A stretch of DNA of 64,000 nucleotides. It comes from Spirochaetales bacterium (GTDB lineage Bacteria > Spirochaetota > Spirochaetia > JABEVK01). The stretch lies in assembly GCA_037142615.1 (NCBI GenBank), contig JBAXAI010000006.1, positions 85,118-149,117 of the forward strand. Direction: 5' to 3'. The notes under the pieces are model-generated. The model was not told where the DNA came from and did no database searches. It saw nothing but the letters and a program-made list of their open reading frames with translations. Made by a program: the position numbers and the translations under genes. Positions 1 to 9,397 of this stretch are shown here, one piece after another. How positions within the stretch are numbered: the stretch's first letter is position 1; every line of letters starts with the position of its first letter.

Positions 1-19
1 AAGTTTCTTGCGTAACCGA

Positions 20-47
20 TTGACAAGTCGTCAGACTGGCGTAAGAT
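20..47 (+). promoter_or_regulatory. sigma70-type promoter for the SDR-GH88 operon
   Basis: TTGACA (20-25), 16-bp spacer, TAAGAT (42-47) upstream of the SDR gene. Confidence 0.6.
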
Positions 48-78
48 GGACACAGCGGGAAACCGCCGAGGAGAAGTA

Positions 79-783
79 ATGGGAAACTTTCAGGGAAGGC
101 GCATCGTTCTGACAGGTGCGACACGAGGGGTCGGTTTTGAGTCGGCCAAACTGTTCTTGGCGGCGGGTGCCCACGTTTTGGGAACCGGCCGTGATGCGGC
201 GCGGCTCGAAAAGTCCACCGCAGAACTGTCAAAGTTGGGGACCTTTCACCCTTGCCTGGCCGACTTCGACGATCCGACCGCACCGGAAACCGTCGCCAAG
301 TCGGCCCGCAAGCTGTGGCCAGCGGTCGACCTGCTCATCAACAATGCGGCGGTACAAACCTACAAGGCTGGCTGGGCCGACGAGGGCCTGGAACTGCTCG
401 ACCATCAGTGGCGCTGCAACGTGTTTGCGCCGCACGAGCTGACTTTCCGCCTTGTCGAGCTGCTGGAAAAGGGAGACCAACCCCGAATTGTCAATGTGAG
501 CTCGGGGGCCGGCACGCTGAGCGCGCTCAAAGCGTCGAAAGATATGCCGACTTACCGGCTTACCAAGTACGCTCTGGGCGGTGTGACGATTCTGTGGGCC
601 AATCAGCTCCAGGGAAAAGTATCGGTGAACTGCTTGGACCCCGGGTGGTTGAAGACAGACCTGGGTGGTCCGAACGCACCGGGCGAACCCGCCGATGGGG
701 GCCGAAGGATGTGGGAGGTTTGCTCCCTTCCGTGGTCAACCACCGGACGGTTCTACAGCGGCGACAGGGAGCTCGAGTTTTGA
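79..783 (+). CDS. Short-chain dehydrogenase/reductase (carbonyl-reductase-like)
   Basis: TGATRGVG Rossmann motif, NNAA, NVSS, YRLTK (YxxxK), PGWLKTDLGG. ATG 79 follows GAGGAG; alternative start at 46. Confidence 0.9.
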   Translation: MGNFQGRRIVLTGATRGVGFESAKLFLAAGAHVLGTGRDAARLEKSTAELSKLGTFHPCLADFDDPTAPETVAKSARKLWPAVDLLINNAAVQTYKAGWADEGLELLDHQWRCNVFAPHELTFRLVELLEKGDQPRIVNVSSGAGTLSALKASKDMPTYRLTKYALGGVTILWANQLQGKVSVNCLDPGWLKTDLGGPNAPGEPADGGRRMWEVCSLPWSTTGRFYSGDRELEF

Positions 784-1250
784 CCGCCCCCTCGACCTTC
801 CTGGCCTGCCTGGCCGAAGAAAACGAACTGCTGCTGGACTCCTTCACGGCCCAGGAGGCCCTCGAGCTGGGGCTGAAGGTGCTGGACGTCGCCCGTGAAA
901 TGACCAGCAAACCGGTGGCCATTCACATCGACAACCTGCAGCATCCACTGTTCACGCACTTCATGGACGGCACCGGCACAGGCAACTGGGATTGGGTAGG
1001 CAAAAAGCGCCGGGTGGTGCGCGAGTTTGGGCACTCGTCGTGGGGCGTGGGGCTGGACTTCCGCGAAAAGGGGCTCACGTTTGCCACCGAAACGGGCCTG
1101 GACCCCGACCGCTACCGTGCCGAAGGCGGCTCGATTCCGCTTCACCTCCGCGACGGAAAGTGCGTGGGGAGCCTGACCATTTCGGGTCTGGAAGGCTTTG
1201 AGGACCATGCCGTGGCCGTGGCAGGGCTGCGCCGCTGGTTGGGAAGGTAG
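780..1250 (+). CDS. Heme-degrading/GlcG-HbpS family (UPF0303-like) protein
   Basis: C-terminal part of ORF 252..1250: F..EALELG, NWDWVGKKRRVVREFGHSS, EGGSIPL, ISGL..EDH. TTG start overlaps the SDR stop. Confidence 0.8.
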   Translation: MTAPSTFLACLAEENELLLDSFTAQEALELGLKVLDVAREMTSKPVAIHIDNLQHPLFTHFMDGTGTGNWDWVGKKRRVVREFGHSSWGVGLDFREKGLTFATETGLDPDRYRAEGGSIPLHLRDGKCVGSLTISGLEGFEDHAVAVAGLRRWLGR

Positions 1251-1252
1251 CC

Positions 1253-1867
1253 GTGCCTGAACTCCTCATTTTCGGTCGAACCGAGGGGGCACCCTACCAT
1301 CCTCTCGAGCCCCTCAAGGACGACCTGCTGTCTCTGTTCGGAGGCAAACAGCAAGCCGAGTGCACAGAGTCACCGGGGCGGCTCAACGATCTAGCGACCT
1401 CGGGCGTGAAAACGTTGGTCGCCCTCGACGACAACTGGAACGAGCCCCTCGACGTGACAGCCCTGTTTTCTGTGGAGCGCTGGGTCAGAAAAGGGGGGAA
1501 CCTGCTGGTGATCCACAACGGCATTTGCTGGGCGCGTCACCGTCGCTGGAAGTCCCTTGCTGCGGCGAGCTTTGTGGGCCACGAACCCGCCAAGCTTCTG
1601 ACCTTCGGGCGCCCGGACGGCACCCACTTCGAGCTCTTCGAGGAGCCCTACCGCTTTTCGTTTGCCCGCGGGAAAGCCAAGACGGTCTTGGCAACCTACC
1701 GCGATGAGGGCAAGGACTGGCCCGCCGCGTGGTTCTGCCCCGTCGGCAAAGGAAGAATCACCTACGCGCTGCCTGGCCACTTTCCAACCGCGTTCCAAGT
1801 GCCGCTCTATCGCAACTGGCTGAAGGAGTGGGCAACGCCCGCCCCGGATGAAGGGGCCTCCCTTTGA
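1253..1867 (+). CDS. ThuA-like (class I glutamine amidotransferase-like fold) protein
   Basis: YHP, GGNLLVIHNG, F.GH, EEPY, PAAW, GKGRITYALPGH. Confidence 0.75.
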   Translation: MPELLIFGRTEGAPYHPLEPLKDDLLSLFGGKQQAECTESPGRLNDLATSGVKTLVALDDNWNEPLDVTALFSVERWVRKGGNLLVIHNGICWARHRRWKSLAAASFVGHEPAKLLTFGRPDGTHFELFEEPYRFSFARGKAKTVLATYRDEGKDWPAAWFCPVGKGRITYALPGHFPTAFQVPLYRNWLKEWATPAPDEGASL

Positions 1868-3006
1868 AAGCCACGTCAGCGAATCCAGACAGCGACCTCT
1901 TGCTGCGCACGGTGACCAAACTTCAGCGTACCGCCGAGCGCTTGCAGGACAGCATGCCGTACACCACCGTCGCAGGGCGCTACCAAAACTGTGAAAGCGT
2001 CGACCCCAGTTGGTGGACCAACAGTTTCTGGGCGGGCCTGCTGTGGCTCCTCTACCGCGAAACCAACGAGGCACGTTACCGCGTTTGGGCCGAGTCGGTC
2101 GAGGCCAAGCTCGACCAGGTGCTGCTGGACTACAACGGCCTCCACCACGACGTGGGCTTCCAATGGTTGCTCACCGCTGTACTCAGCCACGAAACCACCG
2201 GCAACGCCGCCTCGAGATCAAGGGCCCTGTTGGCAGCCTCGGTGTTGGCATCGCGCTTTAACCTTTCGGGGGGCTTTATCCGGGCCTGGAACTGGGATCA
2301 GCCGGGGCTGACCATTATTGACTGCCTGATGAACCTGCCGCTGCTCTATTGGGCCAGTCGGCAAACCGACGACGACCGCTTTGCCCAAATCGCCCGGGCG
2401 CATACCGACAAGGTCGTCGCCCACTACCTTCGCGACGACGGCTCGGTGCCTCACATTGTGGTTTTTGACGCCCCCACGGGTGCCAAACTCGACACGCCGC
2501 GTGGGCAGGGGTTCGCTGCCGGCTCTTCCTGGAGCCGGGGGCAAGCCTGGGCACTTTATGGCCTGGCGCAGGGCCATCGTTGGACCGGCCAGGCCACCTA
2601 CTTGGAGGCCGCGCGGCGCGTGGCAGCGTTCCTGTTGCGGGCCCTGCCAGCCACCGGCTATTTGCCGCCCTGCGACTACGCCCAGCCGGCCCAACCGGAG
2701 CGTTGGGACAGCAGTGCCGGCGCGGTGACGGCGTGTGGGTTTCTGGAGCTCGCGGCGCAGGTACCCGCTTCCGAGGGCCAGAAGTATGCGAATGCTGCCG
2801 AGTGCCTTCTTTCGGCGCTCGAAACCCGTTGCCTGGCAGCGGGCGACGAGGCCCTGCTGACGCTCGGTACTTCGGCCTACCACACCGGCGACAGCCGCTG
2901 GGATGTGGTTCACGGAGCTCTTATCTACGGTGACTACTACTTTCTCGAGGCCCTGTTGAAACTGAGGGCCTGGCACACAACTCAAGGAGCACTTTCCCAT
3001 GAATGA
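1864..3006 (+). CDS. Unsaturated glucuronyl hydrolase, GH88
   Basis: WTNSFW, HDVGF, IIDCLMNL, WSRGQAW, DSSAGA and YGDYYF motifs. Confidence 0.92.
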   Translation: MKATSANPDSDLLLRTVTKLQRTAERLQDSMPYTTVAGRYQNCESVDPSWWTNSFWAGLLWLLYRETNEARYRVWAESVEAKLDQVLLDYNGLHHDVGFQWLLTAVLSHETTGNAASRSRALLAASVLASRFNLSGGFIRAWNWDQPGLTIIDCLMNLPLLYWASRQTDDDRFAQIARAHTDKVVAHYLRDDGSVPHIVVFDAPTGAKLDTPRGQGFAAGSSWSRGQAWALYGLAQGHRWTGQATYLEAARRVAAFLLRALPATGYLPPCDYAQPAQPERWDSSAGAVTACGFLELAAQVPASEGQKYANAAECLLSALETRCLAAGDEALLTLGTSAYHTGDSRWDVVHGALIYGDYYFLEALLKLRAWHTTQGALSHE

Positions 3007-3922
3007 CCGCCTTCCCCCCCTCACCCCCTACACCTTTGGCAGCATGTCGCTGGGCCACGACCCGGCCAAGTTCCCAGACGATGTCCGGGTCGCCCGGCAC
3101 GCCATGGACCTCGGGCTCTGGGTGCATTCCAGCCGCGCGTACGCAGGAGGCAAAACGTTTGAAGTGCTAAAGAAGGCCTTCGACGAGGCGCCGGCAAAAC
3201 GTCCCCGCACCATGTTCAAGGTCTCGTGCGAGAGCGCGACCGAGCTGGCGGCCGACGTGGAGTTCACGCTGACGTCGCTGGGCCTCCCCAAAATCGAAAT
3301 CGCCCAACTGGCGGGCAAGACCCACCAGAAGCGAGACATTGTCGCCGACTTTCTGACGCAAGGACCCATGTACCAGACTTGCAGCCGGCTCAAGGAACAG
3401 GGACTGGTGGATCGCTTTGTGTTCGAGATCTTTTACAGCTACTCGGCGGACGCGCTCAAGGCCGTGCAGAATGACCTGTTCGACGGCTACATTTTCTACT
3501 ACAGCCTTCTGGAGCGACAGGTCAGCAACGAAATCTGGCAGCTTCTCTGGGAGCGCCAACTGCCGGTGCTCGCCCTTCGCCCCGTCGCCGGGTCCTTCCT
3601 CACCGACTCGCCCAAGCTTCGCGAGCGCCGCCAAACCGATCCAAAACATCCAGCTTTCCAGCGGCTTGACGAGCTCGCTCCGGTGCTGGCCGCGTCGGAC
3701 TGCCACGACTTGCTCGAGCTCAGCCTCCGCTTTCTGGCCTCGCACCCGAACGTGGTCACGGCCATCGCCGGTACGGGAAGTTTGGCCCATCTGGACCAGC
3801 TCGAGTCGTCGGTACGAACCGCCAAACCGCTGGCGCCAGAACTGGTCGAGAGGATCCGCACTCTCCACCGAACCTGGTGCAGCCAAGAGGCAACCTACCA
3901 GTTCGCGAAGGAACTCTGGTAG
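2999..3922 (+). CDS. Aldo/keto reductase family protein (divergent)
   Basis: FGSMSLG, HSSRAYAGG, YSLLERQ, ALRPVAG, LRFLASHPNVVTAIAGT..HL. Confidence 0.75.
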   Translation: MNDRLPPLTPYTFGSMSLGHDPAKFPDDVRVARHAMDLGLWVHSSRAYAGGKTFEVLKKAFDEAPAKRPRTMFKVSCESATELAADVEFTLTSLGLPKIEIAQLAGKTHQKRDIVADFLTQGPMYQTCSRLKEQGLVDRFVFEIFYSYSADALKAVQNDLFDGYIFYYSLLERQVSNEIWQLLWERQLPVLALRPVAGSFLTDSPKLRERRQTDPKHPAFQRLDELAPVLAASDCHDLLELSLRFLASHPNVVTAIAGTGSLAHLDQLESSVRTAKPLAPELVERIRTLHRTWCSQEATYQFAKELW

Positions 3923-3935
3923 GCAACCCTGTGCG

Positions 3936-5390
3936 TCAGCGGGTCCGGAGGAAAAGACTCTTGACCCGCGTGTAGGCGAGCAGGCTTTCGATGCCACCTT
4001 CGCGGCCAAAGCCGCTGAAGCCGATTCCGCCGAACGGAACTTCGATCCCGAAACCGCCAGAGCCGTTAACCGTAACATGGCTGGAGTTCAGCCGGCGCGC
4101 AAAGGCAATCGCCTTCCCCGGATCCTGCGTCCAAAGCTCGGCCGACAAACCATAGACGGTATCGTTGGCGAGGGCCAGCGCGGCTTCCTCATCCCCGTCG
4201 GGATAGGTCAAAATCGCCAACACGGGGCCGAAGATTTCCTGCTGGGCCAACGACATGTGCGTCTCGACGCCCGTGAAGACGGCGGGAGTGAGAAAACTTC
4301 CCTTCGCCAAAGAGGCGTCCACGGGAACTTCGCCTCCAAACTCCAGCCGGGCCCCTTCGTTCTTGCCTCGGGCAATCGCCGCCAGCACTTCCTCCCGTTG
4401 CCGGAAATTGACCAGTGGCCCCATGCGAGCCCCCGAGTGGGAGTGCCCCAACGCGACCTGACGGAAGATCTCTTTGACGACCTTGGTCACCGCAGCCAGT
4501 TGGGAAGCCGGCACAATCAAGCGCGACCGGCAACCACACGATTGCCCTGAGTTGTGGATAATCCCGTTGGCGCAGCCCGAGGCCGCTCGCAAAGCGTCCC
4601 CGTCGGAAAGCACCAGACAGGGCGCCTTTCCACCCAGTTCGAGCGACAAAACCGGTACCAGCGTCGAAGCGGCGGCCTTCAGCACGTCTTGGCCCACCTC
4701 GGCCGAACCGCAAAAGACCAGCCCGTCCAAGTCGCGGGAATGGATGAGCGCGTCTCCAGCCTCCGATCCGTAGCCAAGAACCACGTTGAAGACTCCCGCA
4801 GGAAAGCCGGCCTCGGTGGCGAGGCGTGCAATTTCGAGCGACGAAAGGGGGGTGTCGCGAGCAGGTTTGGCGATCACCGTGTTGCCCGCGGCAAGGCAGG
4901 GCGCCGCCCCCCGGAGAAGGATATCGACCGGGTAGTTCCAGGGAATGATGTGAGCCACCACCCCCACGGGTTCGCGGCGGGTCACGGCAAACTCCCCGCC
5001 CGGGAGAGGAATCTCCCGCCCGTCGAGCTTGTCCGCGTAGCCTGCGAAAAACTCGCAATAGCGGGCAGCGACGCTGATTTCGCCCTTGGCATCGCCCAAA
5101 GGTTTACCGTTTTCGCGGGCCAGCAGCCCGGCCAGGCGGTCTCGGTCTCTCTCGATGAGTTGGCCCAAGCGAAGGAGCCAGCGCCCCCGCTGAGCCGGGT
5201 CGACCCCCGCCCAAGACGGCGCCGTCAGGGCCTTGCGGGCCGCAGCGATCGCAGCCCGAACGTCCTCGGCGCCACCTCGAGCCGCCTTGCCGACAGGACT
5301 CCCGTCCCCGGGATCGAGCACCTCAAACCACTGTCCGTTGGCTGAAGGGCGCTCGTACCCGTCAATCCAGTGTCCCGTCACCTGTTCCAT
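3936..5390 (-). CDS. NAD(P)-dependent aldehyde dehydrogenase (candidate sulfolactaldehyde/sulfoacetaldehyde dehydrogenase)
   Basis: IIPWNYP, LELGGK, GQSC catalytic Cys, EIFGPV, PFGG. Lies directly downstream of yihQ; substrate is inferred from context only. Confidence 0.9.
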   Translation of the reverse strand: MEQVTGHWIDGYERPSANGQWFEVLDPGDGSPVGKAARGGAEDVRAAIAAARKALTAPSWAGVDPAQRGRWLLRLGQLIERDRDRLAGLLARENGKPLGDAKGEISVAARYCEFFAGYADKLDGREIPLPGGEFAVTRREPVGVVAHIIPWNYPVDILLRGAAPCLAAGNTVIAKPARDTPLSSLEIARLATEAGFPAGVFNVVLGYGSEAGDALIHSRDLDGLVFCGSAEVGQDVLKAAASTLVPVLSLELGGKAPCLVLSDGDALRAASGCANGIIHNSGQSCGCRSRLIVPASQLAAVTKVVKEIFRQVALGHSHSGARMGPLVNFRQREEVLAAIARGKNEGARLEFGGEVPVDASLAKGSFLTPAVFTGVETHMSLAQQEIFGPVLAILTYPDGDEEAALALANDTVYGLSAELWTQDPGKAIAFARRLNSSHVTVNGSGGFGIEVPFGGIGFSGFGREGGIESLLAYTRVKSLFLRTR

Positions 5391-5434
5391 AACTTTGCTC
5401 CTCTTTACGGACGCCTTGCGGAGTTCCCGCTTGA

Positions 5435-5462
5435 AGTCTAGCACAGACTCTAGTTATGTCAA
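5435..5462 (-). promoter_or_regulatory. Promoter of the aldehyde dehydrogenase gene
   Basis: Minus strand TTGACA-N16-TAGACT with an extended -10 TG. Confidence 0.5.
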
Positions 5463-5519
5463 CCTGTTATCTAACGTATTTGTGTAACGTGACGTGGCAG
5501 ATTGTCCGGGCGACGTGAC

Positions 5520-7586
5520 TCAGCCCAGCAGGTCACCTGCCTTCAGGAAGGTTTCGAGGTCGGCCGACGCGGCCCGGGTAAAAACGGGAATGCGGCCCAC
5601 GGGCGCCAACACGGTGTAGGTTCGCCCCGGGCCAGTTGCCCCGCCGAACCGCTTGCCCGTCCCGAGTTGAACCCAGTCACCTGCGGGCAGGTACACCTGG
5701 CGACTGCGGTAGCCTTCGCGGACTACCGGCGCGACGAGCAGGTCGGCGCCGAGCATGAACTGGTCTTTGATCGTCCAGCACACGTCGTCGCCCTCAAACT
5801 CCCAAAACAGAGGGCGCATCACGGCGATTCCGGTGGCGGCGTTTTCAGCGATCAGGCGCCTTCGATACGGTGCCAGCGCCTGGAACAATTGGCCAAACCG
5901 AGCCAGGTGGTCCAGCGTTTCGTCGTCGCTGTCGAACTGCCAGTTGTCGCCGGGCCGGTTGCCTTCGTGCGAGCGCATCAGCACCGTGAACGCCGACAAC
6001 TCCACCCACCGCTGGAACAACTCGCGGGTGCGCTTCATGCCAAACAGCGTGGTGTAACCGCCCATGTCGCTGTGATGCAGGCCCATGCCGCACACGGCCA
6101 GCGACAACGCGGCGGGAATCACCGAGATCAGGCCGTCGTCCTCGGACCAGTCGACGTTCTGGTCGCCGGCCCACGCCATGCCGCACCACTTTTGGCTCCC
6201 GGTGTACCCGGCGCGCATAAAGTACAGAATCTCGTCGCGCGCGCCCACCTCGTCGATGGCTTCGCGGTTGATGCGCGCCCAGATGGCCGGCCATTCGTTG
6301 TGCGCCAGCTCGGCAGGGGTGCCGTCGTGCAGCACCACGTCGGTGGGCAGGTACTCGCCAAAGTCGGCCATCCACCCGGCCAGGCCAAACGCGATCAGGT
6401 TGGTCTGGATCACCTTTTTGTACCAAACGCAGGCGGCCGGGAGCGTAAAGTCGACAATACCAGCGTCGAACTCGCCAAAATCGACAAAATAGTCCTCGCC
6501 CTTCCGGTTCTTCACCAGGTAGCCCTTGGCCTGCGCCTCTTGGCACAGCGGTTTGTCTTTCACCACGTAGGGGTTGATGTAGCCGAGGAACCGAACACCC
6601 CGCTGGCGGAGCTTGGGCAGGGCGGCGTCGAGGCCGGGGTAGTGCTTTTCGTCCCATTGCCAGTTCCACATCAGGCGCTTGCCAAAGCTGGTGATCCGTT
6701 GGCCCTGCCAGTCCTGGGCCCAAATGCCCACGACCGGGACCTGGTGCGTTTGCGCGCGTTCCAGCTTGTCGAGGCACACCTGCGTGCCCCCCTGAATGCC
6801 CAGAATCACCCCGTCTTGGGTCCATTCCGGGAGAACAGGCTGGCGGCCCAACAGGTGCGACAGCGATTGGGCACAGGCCTTGAGGGTGGCCCCGGTTCCC
6901 AGCGTCAGGCGCGGGGGAATCTCGTGGAACTCGAGCGCGTGACGGTCGGCCTTCGAAAAGTCGAACACCGCGTAGGCTCGGCTGTCGGCGTGCAGCCAGT
7001 ACCGTGCCGACGACACAAACGTGGGCTGGGGGAAGAACGTCCACCAGTAGTCGCCGCCGGCTTTGTCGAGCACGTCGGCCTTCCACGTGACCCAAGTGCT
7101 CTTGTTGCGGCCCACGCCTTGCTCGCTGGTCCACAGGGGAAACCGCCGGCCACGCAGATCGAAGTGCGAGAACTGCTCGCCACAACCGTAAATATGCTCG
7201 TCGGCACCGGCGTCGAGCTCGAGCCACAACCGGTTCCACCGGGCGTTGGTGCAGCGGGGCAAGACTTCGAGCCGTTGGTGCACGGCTTTCCGGTCGGCCA
7301 CTTCCTGCGGCCGAAACTCCAGGCGCAAGGTGCAGTCGGCAGCGTCGGCGGCAACGCGCGGGAACAGCTCGAGCAGGCCCGTTGCTGCGGTGAACCGCCA
7401 GCCCTCGAGTGGGACCTTCTGAAACAGGTGATCCTGCACCTGAAAGTTGCCCCGGTACATCTGAATGTCGTCCTGGCCTTGGCCCAAAGCGGCGCAAGGT
7501 CGTTGCACACTGTGGCGCAACACAAGCCGACCCTCGAACGACAGTTCGAAGCCTTCGGCGGTTTCGGCGAAATGCAGACCCCTCAT
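5520..7586 (-). CDS. yihQ: Sulfoquinovosidase (GH31, YihQ)
   Basis: WAQDW, SFGKRLMWNW (sulfonate-binding Arg/Trp), GWMADFGEY (nucleophile), WAGDQNVDW, HSDMGGYTTLF (Tyr). These match the YihQ-type SQase motifs. Confidence 0.93.
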   Translation of the reverse strand: MRGLHFAETAEGFELSFEGRLVLRHSVQRPCAALGQGQDDIQMYRGNFQVQDHLFQKVPLEGWRFTAATGLLELFPRVAADAADCTLRLEFRPQEVADRKAVHQRLEVLPRCTNARWNRLWLELDAGADEHIYGCGEQFSHFDLRGRRFPLWTSEQGVGRNKSTWVTWKADVLDKAGGDYWWTFFPQPTFVSSARYWLHADSRAYAVFDFSKADRHALEFHEIPPRLTLGTGATLKACAQSLSHLLGRQPVLPEWTQDGVILGIQGGTQVCLDKLERAQTHQVPVVGIWAQDWQGQRITSFGKRLMWNWQWDEKHYPGLDAALPKLRQRGVRFLGYINPYVVKDKPLCQEAQAKGYLVKNRKGEDYFVDFGEFDAGIVDFTLPAACVWYKKVIQTNLIAFGLAGWMADFGEYLPTDVVLHDGTPAELAHNEWPAIWARINREAIDEVGARDEILYFMRAGYTGSQKWCGMAWAGDQNVDWSEDDGLISVIPAALSLAVCGMGLHHSDMGGYTTLFGMKRTRELFQRWVELSAFTVLMRSHEGNRPGDNWQFDSDDETLDHLARFGQLFQALAPYRRRLIAENAATGIAVMRPLFWEFEGDDVCWTIKDQFMLGADLLVAPVVREGYRSRQVYLPAGDWVQLGTGKRFGGATGPGRTYTVLAPVGRIPVFTRAASADLETFLKAGDLLG

Positions 7587-7588
7587 GG

Positions 7589-8431
7589 TTAGCCCTTGAC
7601 CCCGCCGGAAGTCAGCCCGGCGATGATTTTGTTGTGCATGAACACATAAACAGCCACGGTGGGCAAAATGGACAACATGATGGCGGCAAACATCGGACCG
7701 TAGTCCGTCAGGAACTGGCTCTGAAAGAACCGGATGCCGAGCTGCACGGTACGGGTCGTCTCGCTCGAGGTGAACAGCATGGCCAGGATGAACTCATTCC
7801 AGGCGTAGATGAAGCAGAAGGTGCCCGCCGTGGCCAAGCCCGACTGGGCGAGCGGTAAAATCACCTTCCAAAAGCGGTCGATGAAGTTGCAGCCGTCGAT
7901 GGTGGCCGCCTCTTCCAGTTCCTTGGGAATGGCCTTCATAAACGACGTGAGCAAAAAGATCGACACCGGGATGTTGACCGCCGAATACACCAAAATGAGG
8001 GCCAGCAGATTGTTGTACAGCCCGATGCGGTTGACCAGGATGAAGTACGGCACCAGGAACGAAATGATGGGGATCAGCACTCCGGCCGTCAGCATCACGT
8101 ACAGAAAGTCCTTGCCTGGAAACTTTTCACGCGCAAAGACAAACGACGCCAAGGCCGCCACCACGAGGTTGAGCAGCACAGTAAAGGCGGCCACGAGGAT
8201 GGAGTTCATGAACAGAACCGGCAGGTTGGCCACCGAAAGCGCGTTCGCGTAGTTGACGAACTGCGGAACCGCCGGCAGCGTGAACCCGCTGGTCTCGATC
8301 TCGAAGCTGGTCTTGAGCGATGAAACCAACAACCACAGGAAGGGCATCAGCGTCACGATCAAGAAGAACAGCAGGATGGCCCACTTGAGCAAAAAGCCGG
8401 GGTAGTCGCGAACGGTCAGTTTTGTGGTCAT
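7589..8431 (-). CDS. Carbohydrate ABC transporter permease (MalG-like)
   Basis: About 6 TM segments, EAA loop ELEEAATIDG, C-terminal GLTSGGVKG. Confidence 0.93.
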   Translation of the reverse strand: MTTKLTVRDYPGFLLKWAILLFFLIVTLMPFLWLLVSSLKTSFEIETSGFTLPAVPQFVNYANALSVANLPVLFMNSILVAAFTVLLNLVVAALASFVFAREKFPGKDFLYVMLTAGVLIPIISFLVPYFILVNRIGLYNNLLALILVYSAVNIPVSIFLLTSFMKAIPKELEEAATIDGCNFIDRFWKVILPLAQSGLATAGTFCFIYAWNEFILAMLFTSSETTRTVQLGIRFFQSQFLTDYGPMFAAIMLSILPTVAVYVFMHNKIIAGLTSGGVKG

Positions 8432-8440
8432 GGTAGGTTC

Positions 8441-9331
8441 CTATTGGGAGGCGTCGGACATCGGGTCTTTGCTGCCGAAAATGGCGCGCAGCAGCACAAT
8501 CATGCCGGTACCGAAGGCAATGAGGATGAGCGCAACCGCGCCCGCCCGCCCGTATTGAAGCTCGTCCATCTGCTGAAACAAAACGATACCCATGGTGGTG
8601 GTGGAATACGCCGGGCCCCCTCCGGTCATCAGAAAGGTCGCCTCAAAGTGGCGGATTCCATAGGCCATGGCCAGCGTCGCCGACGTGACCAGCGTTCCCC
8701 GGAGCATGGGAATCGTGATGGCGAACTCCTGTTGCGTGCGCGTGGCCCCGTCGAGCTCGGCGGCCTCGTAGAGTTCGATGGGAATGTTCGTGGCGGCGGC
8801 CATCAGAATGATCATGAAGTAACCGATGTACAGCACCGACTGGGCAATGATGGCGGCCAAAGCCGTGGCGGGAACTCCCAGCCAGTGGTAGTGGGCCAAA
8901 TCGGGAAAAATCGGCGCCAGGAGCGCGTTGAGCAGGCCGTGATTGGGGTTGTACACCTGCGTCCACATCATCGCGATGGCCACCGCCGAAATCACGTTCG
9001 GCAAAAAGAAGATCGTGCGGAAAGCTCCCCAGCCCTTGGGTTTGCGGTTGAGCAGGATGGCGACCAACAGAGCCAGCGGCACCTGGATGAACCCCGAGGC
9101 CAGCGCCCAGATCAGGTTGTTTCCCAGGGCCATCTGGAACGTGTCGTCGGTAAACAGCCGCTCGAAGTTCCTCAGCCCGATGAACTCCATGTCGCCGATG
9201 CCTTTCCACTTCATCACGCTGGTTTGCGCGGTGAAGAACAAGGGAAAGACGAAGAACAGGACAAACAGGATCAGCACAGGCAGAAGAAACAGCACGATGT
9301 AGAGTCCGTTCCGGTTGCGGCTTCGGGCCAT
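8441..9331 (-). CDS. Carbohydrate ABC transporter permease (MalF-like)
   Basis: FIGLRNF, ELYEAAELDGA, MTGGGP. Confidence 0.93.
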   Translation of the reverse strand: MARSRNRNGLYIVLFLLPVLILFVLFFVFPLFFTAQTSVMKWKGIGDMEFIGLRNFERLFTDDTFQMALGNNLIWALASGFIQVPLALLVAILLNRKPKGWGAFRTIFFLPNVISAVAIAMMWTQVYNPNHGLLNALLAPIFPDLAHYHWLGVPATALAAIIAQSVLYIGYFMIILMAAATNIPIELYEAAELDGATRTQQEFAITIPMLRGTLVTSATLAMAYGIRHFEATFLMTGGGPAYSTTTMGIVLFQQMDELQYGRAGAVALILIAFGTGMIVLLRAIFGSKDPMSDASQ

Positions 9332-9346
9332 AGAGTCCTCCTGAAG

Positions 9347-9379
9347 AAAAAAACGGACCGGTCACACGCCTGACCGGTC
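9347..9379 (-). terminator. Intra-operonic stem-loop with U-tract between the binding-protein and permease genes
   Basis: Minus strand GACCGGTCA-GGCGTG-TGACCGGTC followed by CGTTTTTTT. Confidence 0.65.
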
Positions 9380-9397
9380 ACAAGCTGCGATGAAACT

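Noticed and set aside
5502-7592. Long antisense or alternate-frame ORFs (e.g. 5502..7592+, 11459..13150+, 28765..30768+, 32524..34407+, 56374..58074-)
   Set aside because: Shadow ORFs of GC3-rich real genes, with no recognisable motifs
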